64,000 bases of DNA from NCBI GenBank assembly GCA_964533265.1, contig CAZHJW010000001.1:53254-117253 (forward strand). The letters are read 5' to 3'. The position numbers and the translations under genes are program-made. A model generated the notes under the pieces. The model had not been told where the DNA came from, ran no database searches, and was given only the letters and a program-made list of their open reading frames with translations. Source of the DNA: an uncultured Pedosphaera sp. GTDB lineage: Bacteria > Verrucomicrobiota > Verrucomicrobiia > Limisphaerales > UBA1100. Of this stretch, positions 36,727 to 46,706 are shown one piece after another (position 1 is the first letter of the stretch; every line of letters starts with the position of its first letter).

Positions 36727-38001
36727 ATGAAGCATTGGATTCAAATGTCGCTGTTTATCATATTTACGATTTCAGCGGGCACGCTATCGGTGCAGGCCGC
36801 CGATAAAGAAAAGTCTACCCTCACGGTTGACAAAAACAGTTCGGCAACAGTTAAAACTCAAGCAATCAAGGACTCCGTCCAGCAGTCAGCTTGGGTGCAA
36901 ACTTTTGAAGCAAATCTAGGCCAAAAAATTCTCGGGATATCCGCATGGCAGTATTTAGCTGCCTTTCTGGCCATTCTTGCAGGCCTTGTGCTTAAACGGA
37001 TTATTCTTAGTTACATCCAAAAAAAGGTGGAAGCCTATGTAAGTAAAACTGAGGCGGAATGGGATGACGAACTCTTTAATGCGATCATCAAACCAGTTAA
37101 CGCCTTTGTAATGATAGGGGCTGTACATATTGCCGCATTCCTGATCGTATTTAATCTGGCAAATTTCCCCACTGAATTAATCGGCAAAAGCTACTCAATC
37201 TTCCTCGGGCTAAGTGTTATTTGGCTGGTATACCGCCTTGTCGATGTTGCTGCACATTATGTTGATGAGCTTTTATCAAAAGCTGACGAAGGCTTGCGAG
37301 GCCAATTCACGCCCTTAATCAGGAGGGCTCTCCGCATTCTGGTGGTTATTGTGGGGTCGCTAACTATCCTAGCAACTATTGGGATTAATATCACCAGCCT
37401 GGTTGCTTTAGGAGGCGTGCTTAGTTTGGCGTTTGCCATGGGATCCCAGGATTCAGTGGCTAATCTGGTTGGCACTCTCAACATTTTAACCGATCGACCG
37501 TACAAAGTAGGTGACTGGATTACTGTAGGGAGCACAATTGACGGGGATGTAGAGGAAATCGGTTTCCGCTCCACCAAAATACGTATGTTTGATAAAACAT
37601 TAATGAGCGTACCCAATGGGAAACTTGCCGGTGAGACCATCAAAAACTGGTCTCGGATGCCAAAGCGTAGAATTAAGATGACCTTGGGATTATCTTACGA
37701 CACATCTGCAAAACAAATGAAAGCAGCTTTAAAAGAGATTGAGAAGATCCTGGAGGAAGATGAAGGTGTTGATCAGGAATACAAGTTGGTGCAATTCACT
37801 GACTTTGGGGCTAGTTCCATGGATGTATTTCTTTATTATTTTAGCACAAGCACCGTATGGAAAGAATATCTAGATACTCGAGAACGTGTGAATTTAAAGA
37901 TAATGGATAAAGTTGAAGAATTAGGACTGGAGTTCGCATTCCCGACCCAAACTTTACACCTCAAGGGTGACAGTCTAGGGGCATTAAAGGAGATGAGCTG
38001 A
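36727..38001 (+). CDS. mechanosensitive ion channel family protein (MscS-like)
   Basis: 424-aa ORF. It has a signal/TM N-terminus, multiple TM helices, and the MscS beta-domain block TDRPYKVGDWITVGSTIDGDVEEIGFRSTKIR. Confidence 0.85.
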   Translation: MKHWIQMSLFIIFTISAGTLSVQAADKEKSTLTVDKNSSATVKTQAIKDSVQQSAWVQTFEANLGQKILGISAWQYLAAFLAILAGLVLKRIILSYIQKKVEAYVSKTEAEWDDELFNAIIKPVNAFVMIGAVHIAAFLIVFNLANFPTELIGKSYSIFLGLSVIWLVYRLVDVAAHYVDELLSKADEGLRGQFTPLIRRALRILVVIVGSLTILATIGINITSLVALGGVLSLAFAMGSQDSVANLVGTLNILTDRPYKVGDWITVGSTIDGDVEEIGFRSTKIRMFDKTLMSVPNGKLAGETIKNWSRMPKRRIKMTLGLSYDTSAKQMKAALKEIEKILEEDEGVDQEYKLVQFTDFGASSMDVFLYYFSTSTVWKEYLDTRERVNLKIMDKVEELGLEFAFPTQTLHLKGDSLGALKEMS

Positions 38002-38086
38002 TCTTTCAATGAATATTCTGGCTAACAAAGAAAGCCTTTATATAATTAAACCCATGACAAGGAACAATACATTAACAGGGGTTTTT

Positions 38087-38959
38087 ATGCGCGTATCACT
38101 GGCATTCATAATGCTTATTACCATTCCGTTGATTGCAGCCGATAAAAAAGCTGAAAGAACATTTAATGACGCAGCCAAAGAACTGATAACAAGAGTCAGA
38201 GGGTTGGTCCCCGAAAACCGTGCGAAGGCGTTTGAAGAATATGCTAAGGGAGCGCAAGGACTCGCCAAAGAATTCCCTAAAGAAGTCGGTCCGCTCATAA
38301 TGATGGCTGAAGCCAGTGGCCTGGTCGAGGACAAGAAACTTTCGGTCGATTTAGCCGCCATGGCGGAAAAAGGCGTACTCGTGATGCTTAAAAAAGACCC
38401 GAAGAACGCAGGCGCCAATGCTGCTTTAATGCGTATTGCCAGTAGTGCGGAACCGGAAAAGGCGAAAGCATTACTGCGGCAGATTGCTGAAAACGGGCCG
38501 GATCAAGAGGCTGCTCGCGCCAAAGGCCAGCTTGCGAAAATGGAAGCCCTTGGAAAGCCTTTGAATATATCATTCAAGTCTATTGACGGGAGGGCAGTCG
38601 ACATGGACAAATTGAAGGGAAAGGTTGTCCTGATTGATTTTTGGGCTACTTGGTGCGGTCCCTGTGTAGCGGAATTGCCAAATATTAAAAAAACCTACGC
38701 TAAATTTCACGAGAAGGGGTTTGAAATAGTCGGCATCTCATTGGATCAATCAAGAGATAAGCTCGCCAAATTTGTAGAAAAAGAGAAAATGGAATGGCCG
38801 CAACATTTTGATGGCCAAGGCTGGAAAAATGAATTTGCAGTAAAATATGGCATTCAAGGAATACCCGCAATGTGGTTGGTTGACAAAAAAGGCAACCTCG
38901 TGGATATGAAGGCACGTAATGGTCTCGATGGAAAAATTGAGAAACTGCTTGGCGAATAA
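38087..38959 (+). CDS. TlpA/ResA-family periplasmic thiol:disulfide oxidoreductase with N-terminal helical extension
   Basis: The thioredoxin fold carries WATWCGPC. The likely start is the ATG at 38087 (MRVSLAFIMLITIPLIAADKK, signal peptide) rather than 38009. The start choice is uncertain. Confidence 0.8.
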   Translation: MRVSLAFIMLITIPLIAADKKAERTFNDAAKELITRVRGLVPENRAKAFEEYAKGAQGLAKEFPKEVGPLIMMAEASGLVEDKKLSVDLAAMAEKGVLVMLKKDPKNAGANAALMRIASSAEPEKAKALLRQIAENGPDQEAARAKGQLAKMEALGKPLNISFKSIDGRAVDMDKLKGKVVLIDFWATWCGPCVAELPNIKKTYAKFHEKGFEIVGISLDQSRDKLAKFVEKEKMEWPQHFDGQGWKNEFAVKYGIQGIPAMWLVDKKGNLVDMKARNGLDGKIEKLLGE

Positions 38960-38980
38960 TTAGGAATTTATCGCTTCCTC

Positions 38981-39007
38981 AGGCCCCTGCGTGGGGCCTT
39001 TTAATTT
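38981..39007 (+). terminator. intrinsic (rho-independent) terminator after the tlpA-like gene
   Basis: The hairpin is AGGCCCC-tgcg-TGGGGCCT (GC-rich 7-8 bp stem, 4-nt loop), followed by TTTAATTT. Confidence 0.75.
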
Positions 39008-39059
39008 GCCTTTGCACTTGCCAACGGGCCACTCAAAAGTCAATGTGCGCCTTTTCCAG

Positions 39060-39278
39060 ATGCCTAAGGAAGAACCCATACAGCTGGAAGGCACGATCTC
39101 CCAAGTAATGCCAGGCACAATGTTTAAGGTGAAATTACCTAATGGACATGAAGTGCTTGCGCACATATCAGGCAAGATGCGCAAAAACTGGATCAGGATT
39201 GCTGAGGGAGATACAGTGAAAGTAGAAATGTCCCCATACGATCTCTCGAAAGCGCGCATAATATATCGTGCCCGCTAG
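39060..39278 (+). CDS. infA: translation initiation factor IF-1
   Basis: 72 aa from the ATG at 39060: [72 protein letters not shown]. This is a near-canonical IF-1 S1-fold sequence. The tracked upstream extension overlaps the terminator. Confidence 0.95.
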   Translation: MPKEEPIQLEGTISQVMPGTMFKVKLPNGHEVLAHISGKMRKNWIRIAEGDTVKVEMSPYDLSKARIIYRAR

Positions 39279-39670
39279 CAGTATCCGACTTCACTGTTGC
39301 CAGGAACCAGCAACTCAAATGCCGGGATGTCTATAACCACGGGGCTTCCCCCTTCTGTAAGACCCAAATAACTGCCTTGAGCTACTGCTTTAGGTGCGCG
39401 AATCATATGGTAGCTATTATAGCTGAAATTCTGCCCCGGTTGGAGCACAGGAAATTCGCCAACAACACCGTCTGCTTCCACCGCAACAACCTCGCCTGTG
39501 GACTCTGTGACAACCCACTTGCGACCGCGAATAGTTATCGTTTCAACGCCTTTATTCTTTATGCTAATGTAATAGGCAAAGCAATGAGGCTTGTCAGGAG
39601 GAGTCAGGACCTCAGCCTGATATTCTAATCGATCAACTGTAACAGTTACCCCGTATGAATCAGCGTCCAC
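39275..39670 (-). CDS. apaG: ApaG (DUF525) protein
   Basis: 131-aa [14 protein letters not shown]...[42 protein letters not shown]...GSY matches the ApaG beta-sandwich family pattern. Confidence 0.82.
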   Translation of the reverse strand: MDADSYGVTVTVDRLEYQAEVLTPPDKPHCFAYYISIKNKGVETITIRGRKWVVTESTGEVVAVEADGVVGEFPVLQPGQNFSYNSYHMIRAPKAVAQGSYLGLTEGGSPVVIDIPAFELLVPGNSEVGYC

Positions 39671-39745
39671 CCCTGCGTTTATCTAAAAGAGAGCCAAGTA
39701 TCAATCCAATCTCGACTTAAAGGCACTTTTTCCCTATAAAAAAGC

Positions 39746-41146
39746 ATGCGAGTACAATTCTGCGGGGCAACGCGCACCACCACCGGCTCCATGTTTCTGC
39801 TCGAAGTTAATAATCAACGCATTCTGCTAGAATGCGGTCTATATCAAGGGAAGCGATCCGAATCAATTGATCGTAATAAGAATTTCCCTTTCGATCCCAA
39901 GGATGTCGATCTCGCCATCCTAAGCCATTCTCATATTGATCATTGCGGGAATTTCCCAAATCTTGTCAAACAAGGCTTTAAGGGGAATATATTTTGCACC
40001 CACGCTACTCGAGATCTAGCCGGCATAATGCTGGAGGATTCCGCACGTATTCAGGAGCACGATGCGGAATATATATCGCGTAAACGAGCTAAGAAGGGCG
40101 AGCCCCCCGTGGAGGCTTTATATTCTGTAGAGGACGCAGCTGGAGCCATCCGCCAATTTGTATCGCTAAACTACGATCGCCCAATGCAGATTGCTGATGG
40201 GGTATCTCTCGCTTTTTGCGACGCAGGCCACATCCTTGGGTCTGCGCAGGTTGTCCTCGATATAAAAGAAGATGGGCGTGAGATGCGTTATTTGTTCACC
40301 GGAGACGTTGGACGAGGCGGACACGCCATCCTTCGCGACCCGCAACCAATTCAGGATGTGGATGTGCTGCATATCGAAAGCACTTATGGAAATCGACTGC
40401 ATGGGGATAAGGATATGTCCATTGTCGAAATCGCCAAAGGTATATTGGAAACCGCACATCGCGGTGGTAAAATCATCATACCTGCATTCTCGGTGGGACG
40501 AACACAGCTCGTTGTATATACGTTGCATCAACTTCATGAAAGCGGAGACCTTCCAGATATCCCAATTTTCGTGGATAGCCCGCTTAGCGTAAATGCGACC
40601 GAGGTTTTCCGCCTTCATCCTGAGTGTTTTAATGAATCGATCTATTCCTTCCTTCGTGAAAAAGAAAATCCCTTCGGAATGGAAAACTTGCAATACATTC
40701 GACAGGTTTCACGCTCGATTCAATTAAACCAGTTGAAGGGACCCGCTATTATTATCAGCTCTTCAGGCATGTGTGAAGGCGGCCGCATCAGACACCATCT
40801 CAAAAATAATATCGAAAACCCAAATAATCTGGTTTTATTCGTCGGTTACTGTGCCCAGCACACTCTTGGTTCACGAATCGCAAACGGCGATTCGCCCGTC
40901 AATATTTTTGGTGAACCCTACGAGGTTAAAGCGCAAGTGGCTCGCCATGATGCATTTTCAGGACACGCAGACCGCGATGAATTGGTTTCGCACGTCGAAG
41001 CATGCAGTGGGTCAATGAAGGACATCTATGTTGTTCACGGAGAAGAAGACAGTGCTATGGCTTTTGGGGAAACCTTGCAATCGGTTAAACCCGAAGCTCG
41101 GATAACAGTTCCTGAGTTGAAACAGAAATTGGACGTGCTCTATTAA
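39746..41146 (+). CDS. MBL-fold beta-CASP family RNA-metabolising hydrolase
   Basis: 466-aa ORF. It has the metallo-beta-lactamase motif LSHSHIDHCG, a beta-CASP region, and the C-terminal block AFSGHADRDEL typical of the CPSF/RNase J-like clade. Confidence 0.82.
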   Translation: MRVQFCGATRTTTGSMFLLEVNNQRILLECGLYQGKRSESIDRNKNFPFDPKDVDLAILSHSHIDHCGNFPNLVKQGFKGNIFCTHATRDLAGIMLEDSARIQEHDAEYISRKRAKKGEPPVEALYSVEDAAGAIRQFVSLNYDRPMQIADGVSLAFCDAGHILGSAQVVLDIKEDGREMRYLFTGDVGRGGHAILRDPQPIQDVDVLHIESTYGNRLHGDKDMSIVEIAKGILETAHRGGKIIIPAFSVGRTQLVVYTLHQLHESGDLPDIPIFVDSPLSVNATEVFRLHPECFNESIYSFLREKENPFGMENLQYIRQVSRSIQLNQLKGPAIIISSSGMCEGGRIRHHLKNNIENPNNLVLFVGYCAQHTLGSRIANGDSPVNIFGEPYEVKAQVARHDAFSGHADRDELVSHVEACSGSMKDIYVVHGEEDSAMAFGETLQSVKPEARITVPELKQKLDVLY

Positions 41147-41196
41147 CAAGAAAAGATTGCGAGACCTGTAGGCCCCCATTCAACATCAATAGCTCC

Positions 41197-42234
41197 ATGC
41201 ATCATAAGGCCGCAAACCAAGATTCATTAATGGGAAGCTCCCCTGTGGCTCTGGTGGCAACTGTAATCATACACAGCTCTATTTTTGCAGGGGTTGTATG
41301 GGGAGGATGGCTTGATACCGCTAAGGCATTCCCCTCTGAAAAACCCAAATATAGACTTGTCTCAGTTAACCTTGCCCCCGAGCCCTTAAAGAAGAATCAC
41401 GAAATGGAAAATGAGTTTGTTCCGGTAACCCCAGAAACCCGAACTGAGAAGGCCCCCGTCAAAAAGACGCCTTATTATTCCAATGCCAACTCAATTGCTT
41501 CAAACCCAAGTCCTCCCGAGAAAGCACAGGATACACCACGTATTAAGGAAGGCATCATCATGGCTCCAGGAAGTTTCGATAGCCCAACACCTAGCCCTGC
41601 AGCAACAAGTGCTGCAATGAGTCGGCCTAGCCTCGGCCATATAAGGGCTTCTGCAAAAGCTAAGCCGCAGACTCTAGAGTCGAATATCACCACATTCGAC
41701 CCCGTGACAATTAAGGAAAAGCAAACGAACCCCACAAAACCTAGCTCCTCAAGGCAGAACAGCATTTTGCGCCCCTCAATTCCTCGAAAAACGAATTCCG
41801 ACCTACTTCCTGCCCTTCCTGAAAGGCCCAAAGCTCCTACTCTTCAAGAGGCAAAAGCCGGCCTTGGAAACCGTAGCATGAAGCAAGACGGAGGAGCAAC
41901 GCGTCAAGGGCCCGCGGCTCTAGACGTTCGCCTTACTGGCTACGGCGATTATGATGCGCGCTTCTTCGCGGCCATCAGTATCGCTTGGAGAAAACAGCTC
42001 AAGAGCCGGACATGGTCACCGAGCCAGGTAATAGTAGATTTTAGCTTATTCCACGATGGAAGGATTGAAGACTTAACTGTTCGGGAAACAAATGCAGCGG
42101 CCATACTTCAATACTTTTGCCGAGAATCCATCCAGCAACCAGCCCCTTTCGAGCAATGGACGGAGGATATGCGCAAACAACTAGGCAATGGTCCTCGCCG
42201 CTGTAGAATTACATTTAATTATCTTGTCCGATGA
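41197..42234 (+). CDS. TonB-like energy transducer (N-terminal anchor, Pro/Ser-rich spacer, C-terminal TonB_C-like domain)
   Basis: 345-aa ORF. It has one N-terminal TM helix (VALVATVIIHSSIFAGVVWGGW), a long low-complexity P/S/K-rich region and an about 100-aa C-terminal domain. It has a 4-nt overlap with the downstream exbB-exbD genes. Confidence 0.6.
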   Translation: MHHKAANQDSLMGSSPVALVATVIIHSSIFAGVVWGGWLDTAKAFPSEKPKYRLVSVNLAPEPLKKNHEMENEFVPVTPETRTEKAPVKKTPYYSNANSIASNPSPPEKAQDTPRIKEGIIMAPGSFDSPTPSPAATSAAMSRPSLGHIRASAKAKPQTLESNITTFDPVTIKEKQTNPTKPSSSRQNSILRPSIPRKTNSDLLPALPERPKAPTLQEAKAGLGNRSMKQDGGATRQGPAALDVRLTGYGDYDARFFAAISIAWRKQLKSRTWSPSQVIVDFSLFHDGRIEDLTVRETNAAAILQYFCRESIQQPAPFEQWTEDMRKQLGNGPRRCRITFNYLVR

Positions 42235-42959
42235 TCACACTTAGAACCTGCTTATTTCTGTGTTTTACGTTGCTGTTATTTAGCTGTTTTGAAACACAGG
42301 CTCAAAACTCTTTACCGAAGGCAGGATCTGAAGAAGCAGCAAACTCAAAACCCCCGCCTTCAACAATGAAGAACACTATAATAGGCGTGCTGATACTGAC
42401 ATCGATGATCAGTGTATTTCTTATCGTCGAACGCGGCCTCGCTCTTCGACGCGGGGCCGTAATCCCTTCGCGCCTGATAGAATTGCAAGGAGTCTGCAAC
42501 TCTCAGGATAAGATATTAACACTACGCACAACTGCCAACAAGATCCGATCGCCGTATGGCCAGCTGATAAGTTGTGCGATCGACCACCTTCATCTTCCAA
42601 GAAACGAAAACATGGAGCTCCTGCAAACTCGTGCAAGGGCCGAAATCTCTAAAATGGAGCGAGGAATTGTAATACTTGAAATTATCACCGGAGTGGCCCC
42701 TCTGTTAGGCCTCGTTGGAACCATTTTCGGGTTAATTACACTGTTCCGGGGAATGGGCGTGGAAGCAACGGTTGAGCAGACAGCCTTATTCTCAGAAGGA
42801 ATTAGTATTGCTCTAAAGGCAACATTACTGGGTCTCGTGGTCGCCATTCCTTCTTTAATTGGATGGAGCTATTTCAATAGAAAGGTGGAAACTCTTTCAA
42901 TAGAAATGGAAAATCTATGTGACCAGTTTCTTCGCAGCCAGTATCCCCGTGCCGATTAA
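42231..42959 (+). CDS. exbB: MotA/TolQ/ExbB proton-channel family protein
   Basis: 242-aa ORF. It has three TM helices and the conserved C-terminal block APLLGLVGTIFGLI...ALKATLLGLVVAIP. Confidence 0.85.
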   Translation: MITLRTCLFLCFTLLLFSCFETQAQNSLPKAGSEEAANSKPPPSTMKNTIIGVLILTSMISVFLIVERGLALRRGAVIPSRLIELQGVCNSQDKILTLRTTANKIRSPYGQLISCAIDHLHLPRNENMELLQTRARAEISKMERGIVILEIITGVAPLLGLVGTIFGLITLFRGMGVEATVEQTALFSEGISIALKATLLGLVVAIPSLIGWSYFNRKVETLSIEMENLCDQFLRSQYPRAD

Positions 42960-42960
42960 C

Positions 42961-43386
42961 ATGCAGTTTCGCACTACAAAAAAAAGGGCCACTCCTTCGG
43001 TTATTATCGTCTCGCTAATTGATGTATTGATGGTTGTGCTAATCTTTCTCGTTGTCACCACAACATTCAAAAACCGGGTGCCGGCCCTTGACATGGCGCT
43101 GCCCACGTCAAGCTATGCAGGGAGTTCTATGACTGAATCAGAGAACCCGCTTTTAGTCCGAATCCAAAAAACCGCCCCATATTTGCTCCTTAACAATAAG
43201 TCGGTTACAGCATCAGAGCTTCGCTCTGAATTTATACTCAGGATAACTGAAAAACCATCGGTTAACCTAACAATTCAAGCCGATGAAAAGGCACCTTTTG
43301 GGGAGGTCGTCAATGTCAGAGACATCGCACAAGAAGCAGGCATCACGAACATCCATGCCCAAGTAAAGCTTCCCGAAAAGCGTTAA
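42961..43386 (+). CDS. exbD: biopolymer transport protein ExbD/TolR
   Basis: The ATG at 42961 lies 1 nt after the exbB stop ([32 protein letters not shown]). It has a single TM helix plus a periplasmic domain with the [13 protein letters not shown] block. Confidence 0.85.
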   Translation: MQFRTTKKRATPSVIIVSLIDVLMVVLIFLVVTTTFKNRVPALDMALPTSSYAGSSMTESENPLLVRIQKTAPYLLLNNKSVTASELRSEFILRITEKPSVNLTIQADEKAPFGEVVNVRDIAQEAGITNIHAQVKLPEKR

Positions 43387-44630
43387 GGTTTTTTCCTTCT
43401 ATGCTTATTATTTTTTGCCTGAACCCTAGAGCGCACCTTCAGCCTGAGGGCGTTTAAGTTTATAAAGCCTGTTGCGTCGTCCTGATTATAGACTTCACTC
43501 GGGTCCGATTCCATTGTGGCGATATCAGGACTGTAAAGACTCACAGGCGACTTCCGACCAGCAGTGTAAAACGTCCCTTTGTAAAGTTTTAACCTGACTG
43601 TGCCGGTAACGTTTTTCTGTGTCTCGAGAACAAGCGCCTGCAAGGCTTCTCTTTCCGGGGCATACCAAAACCCATTGTAGACTAATTCAGAGTATTTTGG
43701 GATCAATGAATCACGGATATGCATCACTTCACGATCGACGGTTATGCTTTCCATTTGTCGGTGAGCAAAATGAAGTATCGTGCCGCCCGGAGTCTCGTAC
43801 ACCCCCCTGCTCTTCATTCCTACAAAACGGTTTTCGACGACATCAACCCTTCCGATGCCATGTTTGCCTCCTAACCTGTTGAGTTTTTCCATTACTTTCA
43901 ATGGCGAAAGCCGTCGGCCATTTACCGCCACGCAAATCCCTCTGTCAAATTGGAGGTTTACATATTCAGGCTTGTCTGGGGCGTCCTCTGGGGCGACTGA
44001 CAACTTGAACATATCTTTATTTTTAGAGTTAAACGCATCGAACCAAATATCTTCCAGTATCCCTGCTTCATAGGAGATGTGTAGTAAATTGCGGTCCATG
44101 CTGTAAGGTTTTTTAGCACTTGCCTCCACAGCAATCCCTTGGCACCGGCAATAGTGAATCATTTCTTTTCGGCCAGGAAATTGAGAGCGGAACTCCTTCA
44201 TTCGCCAGGGCGCAATAATCTCAATGTGAGGAGCCAAGGCCGCAGTCGTTAGTTCGAACCGAACCTGATCATTTCCTTTTCCAGTAGCTCCGTGGGCAAT
44301 TGCATGCGCCTTTTCCTTTATTGCAATTTCAACCATCCGTTTAGCAATTAAAGGACGGGCAATGCTTGTACCTAAATAATATTGATCTTCGTAGATAGCG
44401 CCAGCCTGAATCATCGGAAAAATAAAGTCAGAAGCGAACTCTTCACGGAGGTCATCGATATACATTTTGGATGCCCCAGTTTGTTTTGCCTTTTGCCTCA
44501 ACCCCTTAAGCTCTTCTCCTTGACCAATATCCGCACAGAAAGCGATTATCTCGGCGTTATATTTTTCCTTTAGCCACGTCACCAAAACTGACGTGTCTAA
44601 ACCTCCAGAATAGGCGAGAACTATCTTCAT
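43383..44630 (-). CDS. argG: argininosuccinate synthase
   Basis: The likely start is the ATG at 44630 ([15 protein letters not shown]). The [14 protein letters not shown] block is present. The tracked ORF adds 8 N-terminal codons. Confidence 0.93.
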   Translation of the reverse strand: MKIVLAYSGGLDTSVLVTWLKEKYNAEIIAFCADIGQGEELKGLRQKAKQTGASKMYIDDLREEFASDFIFPMIQAGAIYEDQYYLGTSIARPLIAKRMVEIAIKEKAHAIAHGATGKGNDQVRFELTTAALAPHIEIIAPWRMKEFRSQFPGRKEMIHYCRCQGIAVEASAKKPYSMDRNLLHISYEAGILEDIWFDAFNSKNKDMFKLSVAPEDAPDKPEYVNLQFDRGICVAVNGRRLSPLKVMEKLNRLGGKHGIGRVDVVENRFVGMKSRGVYETPGGTILHFAHRQMESITVDREVMHIRDSLIPKYSELVYNGFWYAPEREALQALVLETQKNVTGTVRLKLYKGTFYTAGRKSPVSLYSPDIATMESDPSEVYNQDDATGFINLNALRLKVRSRVQAKNNKHRRKKP

Positions 44631-44638
44631 TGTTAAAT

Positions 44639-45853
44639 TCAAATCATGTGACAAAACATGGCGTCCCGCAACTTGGGCTCAAACCATGTGCTCTTGGGGG
44701 GCATAATGCCACCCTCATCAGCAATCTCCATCAAATCCTCTATGTCTGTTGGGTGCATAGAAAAGGCGCAAGCGTAGCCTTCTTCATCAACCAATCTCTC
44801 CAGTTCAGCAGGGCCTCGAATCCCACCTATAAAACTGATTTGCGTATTCGTGCGAGGATCCTTAACGCCTAGCAATGGTCCTAGTACGTGATTTTGCAAC
44901 AAGGCTGCGTCCAATTCTTCCATAGGGCTCCCAGCCTTTGCCTTATTATTTTTGAAGGTTAGGATTCGCCATCCGCCTTCAATGTAAAGGCCAAGCTCAT
45001 TTTTTCTATTGCAGACCCCTCCTCCTCCTTGATGCACATCAAAAACCTCCTCTAGTTGGCTGAGAAAAATTTCAGCTGAAACACCGTTAAGATTTTTAAC
45101 TGCTCTATTGTACGCAAGAATCTGCATCTGATCATGTGGAAATATTACCGCAAGGAATCGATCACTCTGCCCTGAACCTTGTCTTGATATGTTTACCCTG
45201 GACGCTGCCGCACTCCGATGATGCCCATCAGCAATATACAAATTGTCGACTGCCGCAAATTGGTCCTTGATAAAATATACATCTTCCTGTGAATGAAGAA
45301 CCCATGAAGTATGACGAACTCCATCAGCAGCCGCAAAGTCGACCTCTGGTTCTTTTTCGCATGCCGCACTGATGAAAGCGTCGATCCTCTCCACAGAACG
45401 ATATGTCATAAAAACCGGACCTGTTTGGGAATTCAGAGCTTCGATATGGCGAACACGATCATCTTCTTTTGCTGGCCTTGTATGCTCGTGTTTCCTGATT
45501 ACTCCAGAATCGTACTCCTTGCAACTGACAACAGCAACCACCCCGATCTGCCTGTGGCTCCCCATTACCTGCTGGTAAAGGTAAAAGCAAGGAGCAGTGT
45601 CTTGTGTCAAAACCCCTTGCTTTTGAAGGAGTTCCAAGTTTTCGGCACCCTTAGCGTATACTGAATCTGAATATACATTTATCCCCGGTTCCAAATCTAT
45701 CTCCGGTTTGCTAACATGAAGAAAACTGTATGGATTGTCCTTTGCTATCTCCTTTGCTTCCTGGCTACTCATCACATCATAAGGGAGCTCGCAAATCTGA
45801 TTAGCCAAATTTGGATTAGGTCTTAGAGCTTTAAATGGTTGAATATCCGCCAT
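44639..45853 (-). CDS. DUF1015 domain-containing protein
   Basis: 404-aa ORF. The N-terminus [33 protein letters not shown] and the block [13 protein letters not shown] match the DUF1015 family pattern. Confidence 0.8.
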   Translation of the reverse strand: MADIQPFKALRPNPNLANQICELPYDVMSSQEAKEIAKDNPYSFLHVSKPEIDLEPGINVYSDSVYAKGAENLELLQKQGVLTQDTAPCFYLYQQVMGSHRQIGVVAVVSCKEYDSGVIRKHEHTRPAKEDDRVRHIEALNSQTGPVFMTYRSVERIDAFISAACEKEPEVDFAAADGVRHTSWVLHSQEDVYFIKDQFAAVDNLYIADGHHRSAAASRVNISRQGSGQSDRFLAVIFPHDQMQILAYNRAVKNLNGVSAEIFLSQLEEVFDVHQGGGGVCNRKNELGLYIEGGWRILTFKNNKAKAGSPMEELDAALLQNHVLGPLLGVKDPRTNTQISFIGGIRGPAELERLVDEEGYACAFSMHPTDIEDLMEIADEGGIMPPKSTWFEPKLRDAMFCHMI

Positions 45854-46022
45854 TATCGGGGCGGGAACTTACCGGCTACCACAATGAATTGCTACGAAAA
45901 ATCAATCCAATACACATAATTTTTCTCCTTGCCTCAAACCCTTATTCGATCAAAAACTTGTATGCGCTCCTGAACAATGCAGGGGCTATTCATATGGCTA
46001 AACAACAATTTAAGGAACAGCT

Positions 46023-46706
46023 TTGAGTCGAGGCAAGGGAAGAGGGCGCCGCCAATGGGAGCCACGCATACGGATAAATGACCGTATCCGAGTCCGCGAA
46101 GTGAGAGTAGTGGATGCTCAGGGCGAGCAAGTCGGGATCATGAAGGTCGAAGACGCCTTAAAGCTGGCTAAAAGACACTTGCTGGATCTGGTTGAGATTT
46201 CACCAAACGCTCGCCCCCCAGTTTGCCGAATATGCGATTTCGGAAAATATCAGTACGAGGAGTCCAAAAAGAAAAAGGAAACAAGTCGGAACACACATGC
46301 CGGCAGGTTGAAGGAGGTGCAGTTGCGGCCCCGTTGCGAGCAACACGATTTCGATTTTAAACTTGCCCACGCAACTAATTTTCTATGTCAAGACATGAAG
46401 GTGAGAATTCACCTTCGCTTTCGGGGACGTGAAAACGCCCATAAAGACATAGGCTTTGATACCGTTAATAGATTTATAGACTGCCTTAAACCTTGGGGTA
46501 AAGCAGACGTATTGCCTCGATTAGCTGGACGCGGAATTGACGCCTTGGTCAACCCACTTCCCAAAAACCAAAGGGCTGACAACCCTCACGCCAAAGAAAA
46601 ACTGCAGGAGCTTCTGAGCGAGCCTGAAAAGGAAAACGATTCTTCGGGTGGCAATGTTGAGATCAACACTCCTTTTGACGGTTTAAAGGCACCGGAAAGC
46701 ACCTAA
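46023..46706 (+). CDS. infC: translation initiation factor IF-3 (non-AUG TTG start, extended C-terminal tail)
   Basis: RINDRIRVREVRVVDAQGEQVGIM...DLVEISPNARPPVCRICDFGKYQYE is canonical IF-3. An in-frame TAA at 46011-46013 leaves TTG at 46023 as the first possible initiator. Confidence 0.9.
   Translation: MSRGKGRGRRQWEPRIRINDRIRVREVRVVDAQGEQVGIMKVEDALKLAKRHLLDLVEISPNARPPVCRICDFGKYQYEESKKKKETSRNTHAGRLKEVQLRPRCEQHDFDFKLAHATNFLCQDMKVRIHLRFRGRENAHKDIGFDTVNRFIDCLKPWGKADVLPRLAGRGIDALVNPLPKNQRADNPHAKEKLQELLSEPEKENDSSGGNVEINTPFDGLKAPEST

Noticed and set aside
35379-36728. Several 65-161-aa antisense ORFs across mgtE, with similar antisense ORFs across the RND pump, gcvT, Hsp70, argS and other genes.
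   Set aside because: Each is fully contained in a long ORF with strong family motifs on the opposite strand. They have low-complexity, Ser/Arg-rich translations and no start-site signals.
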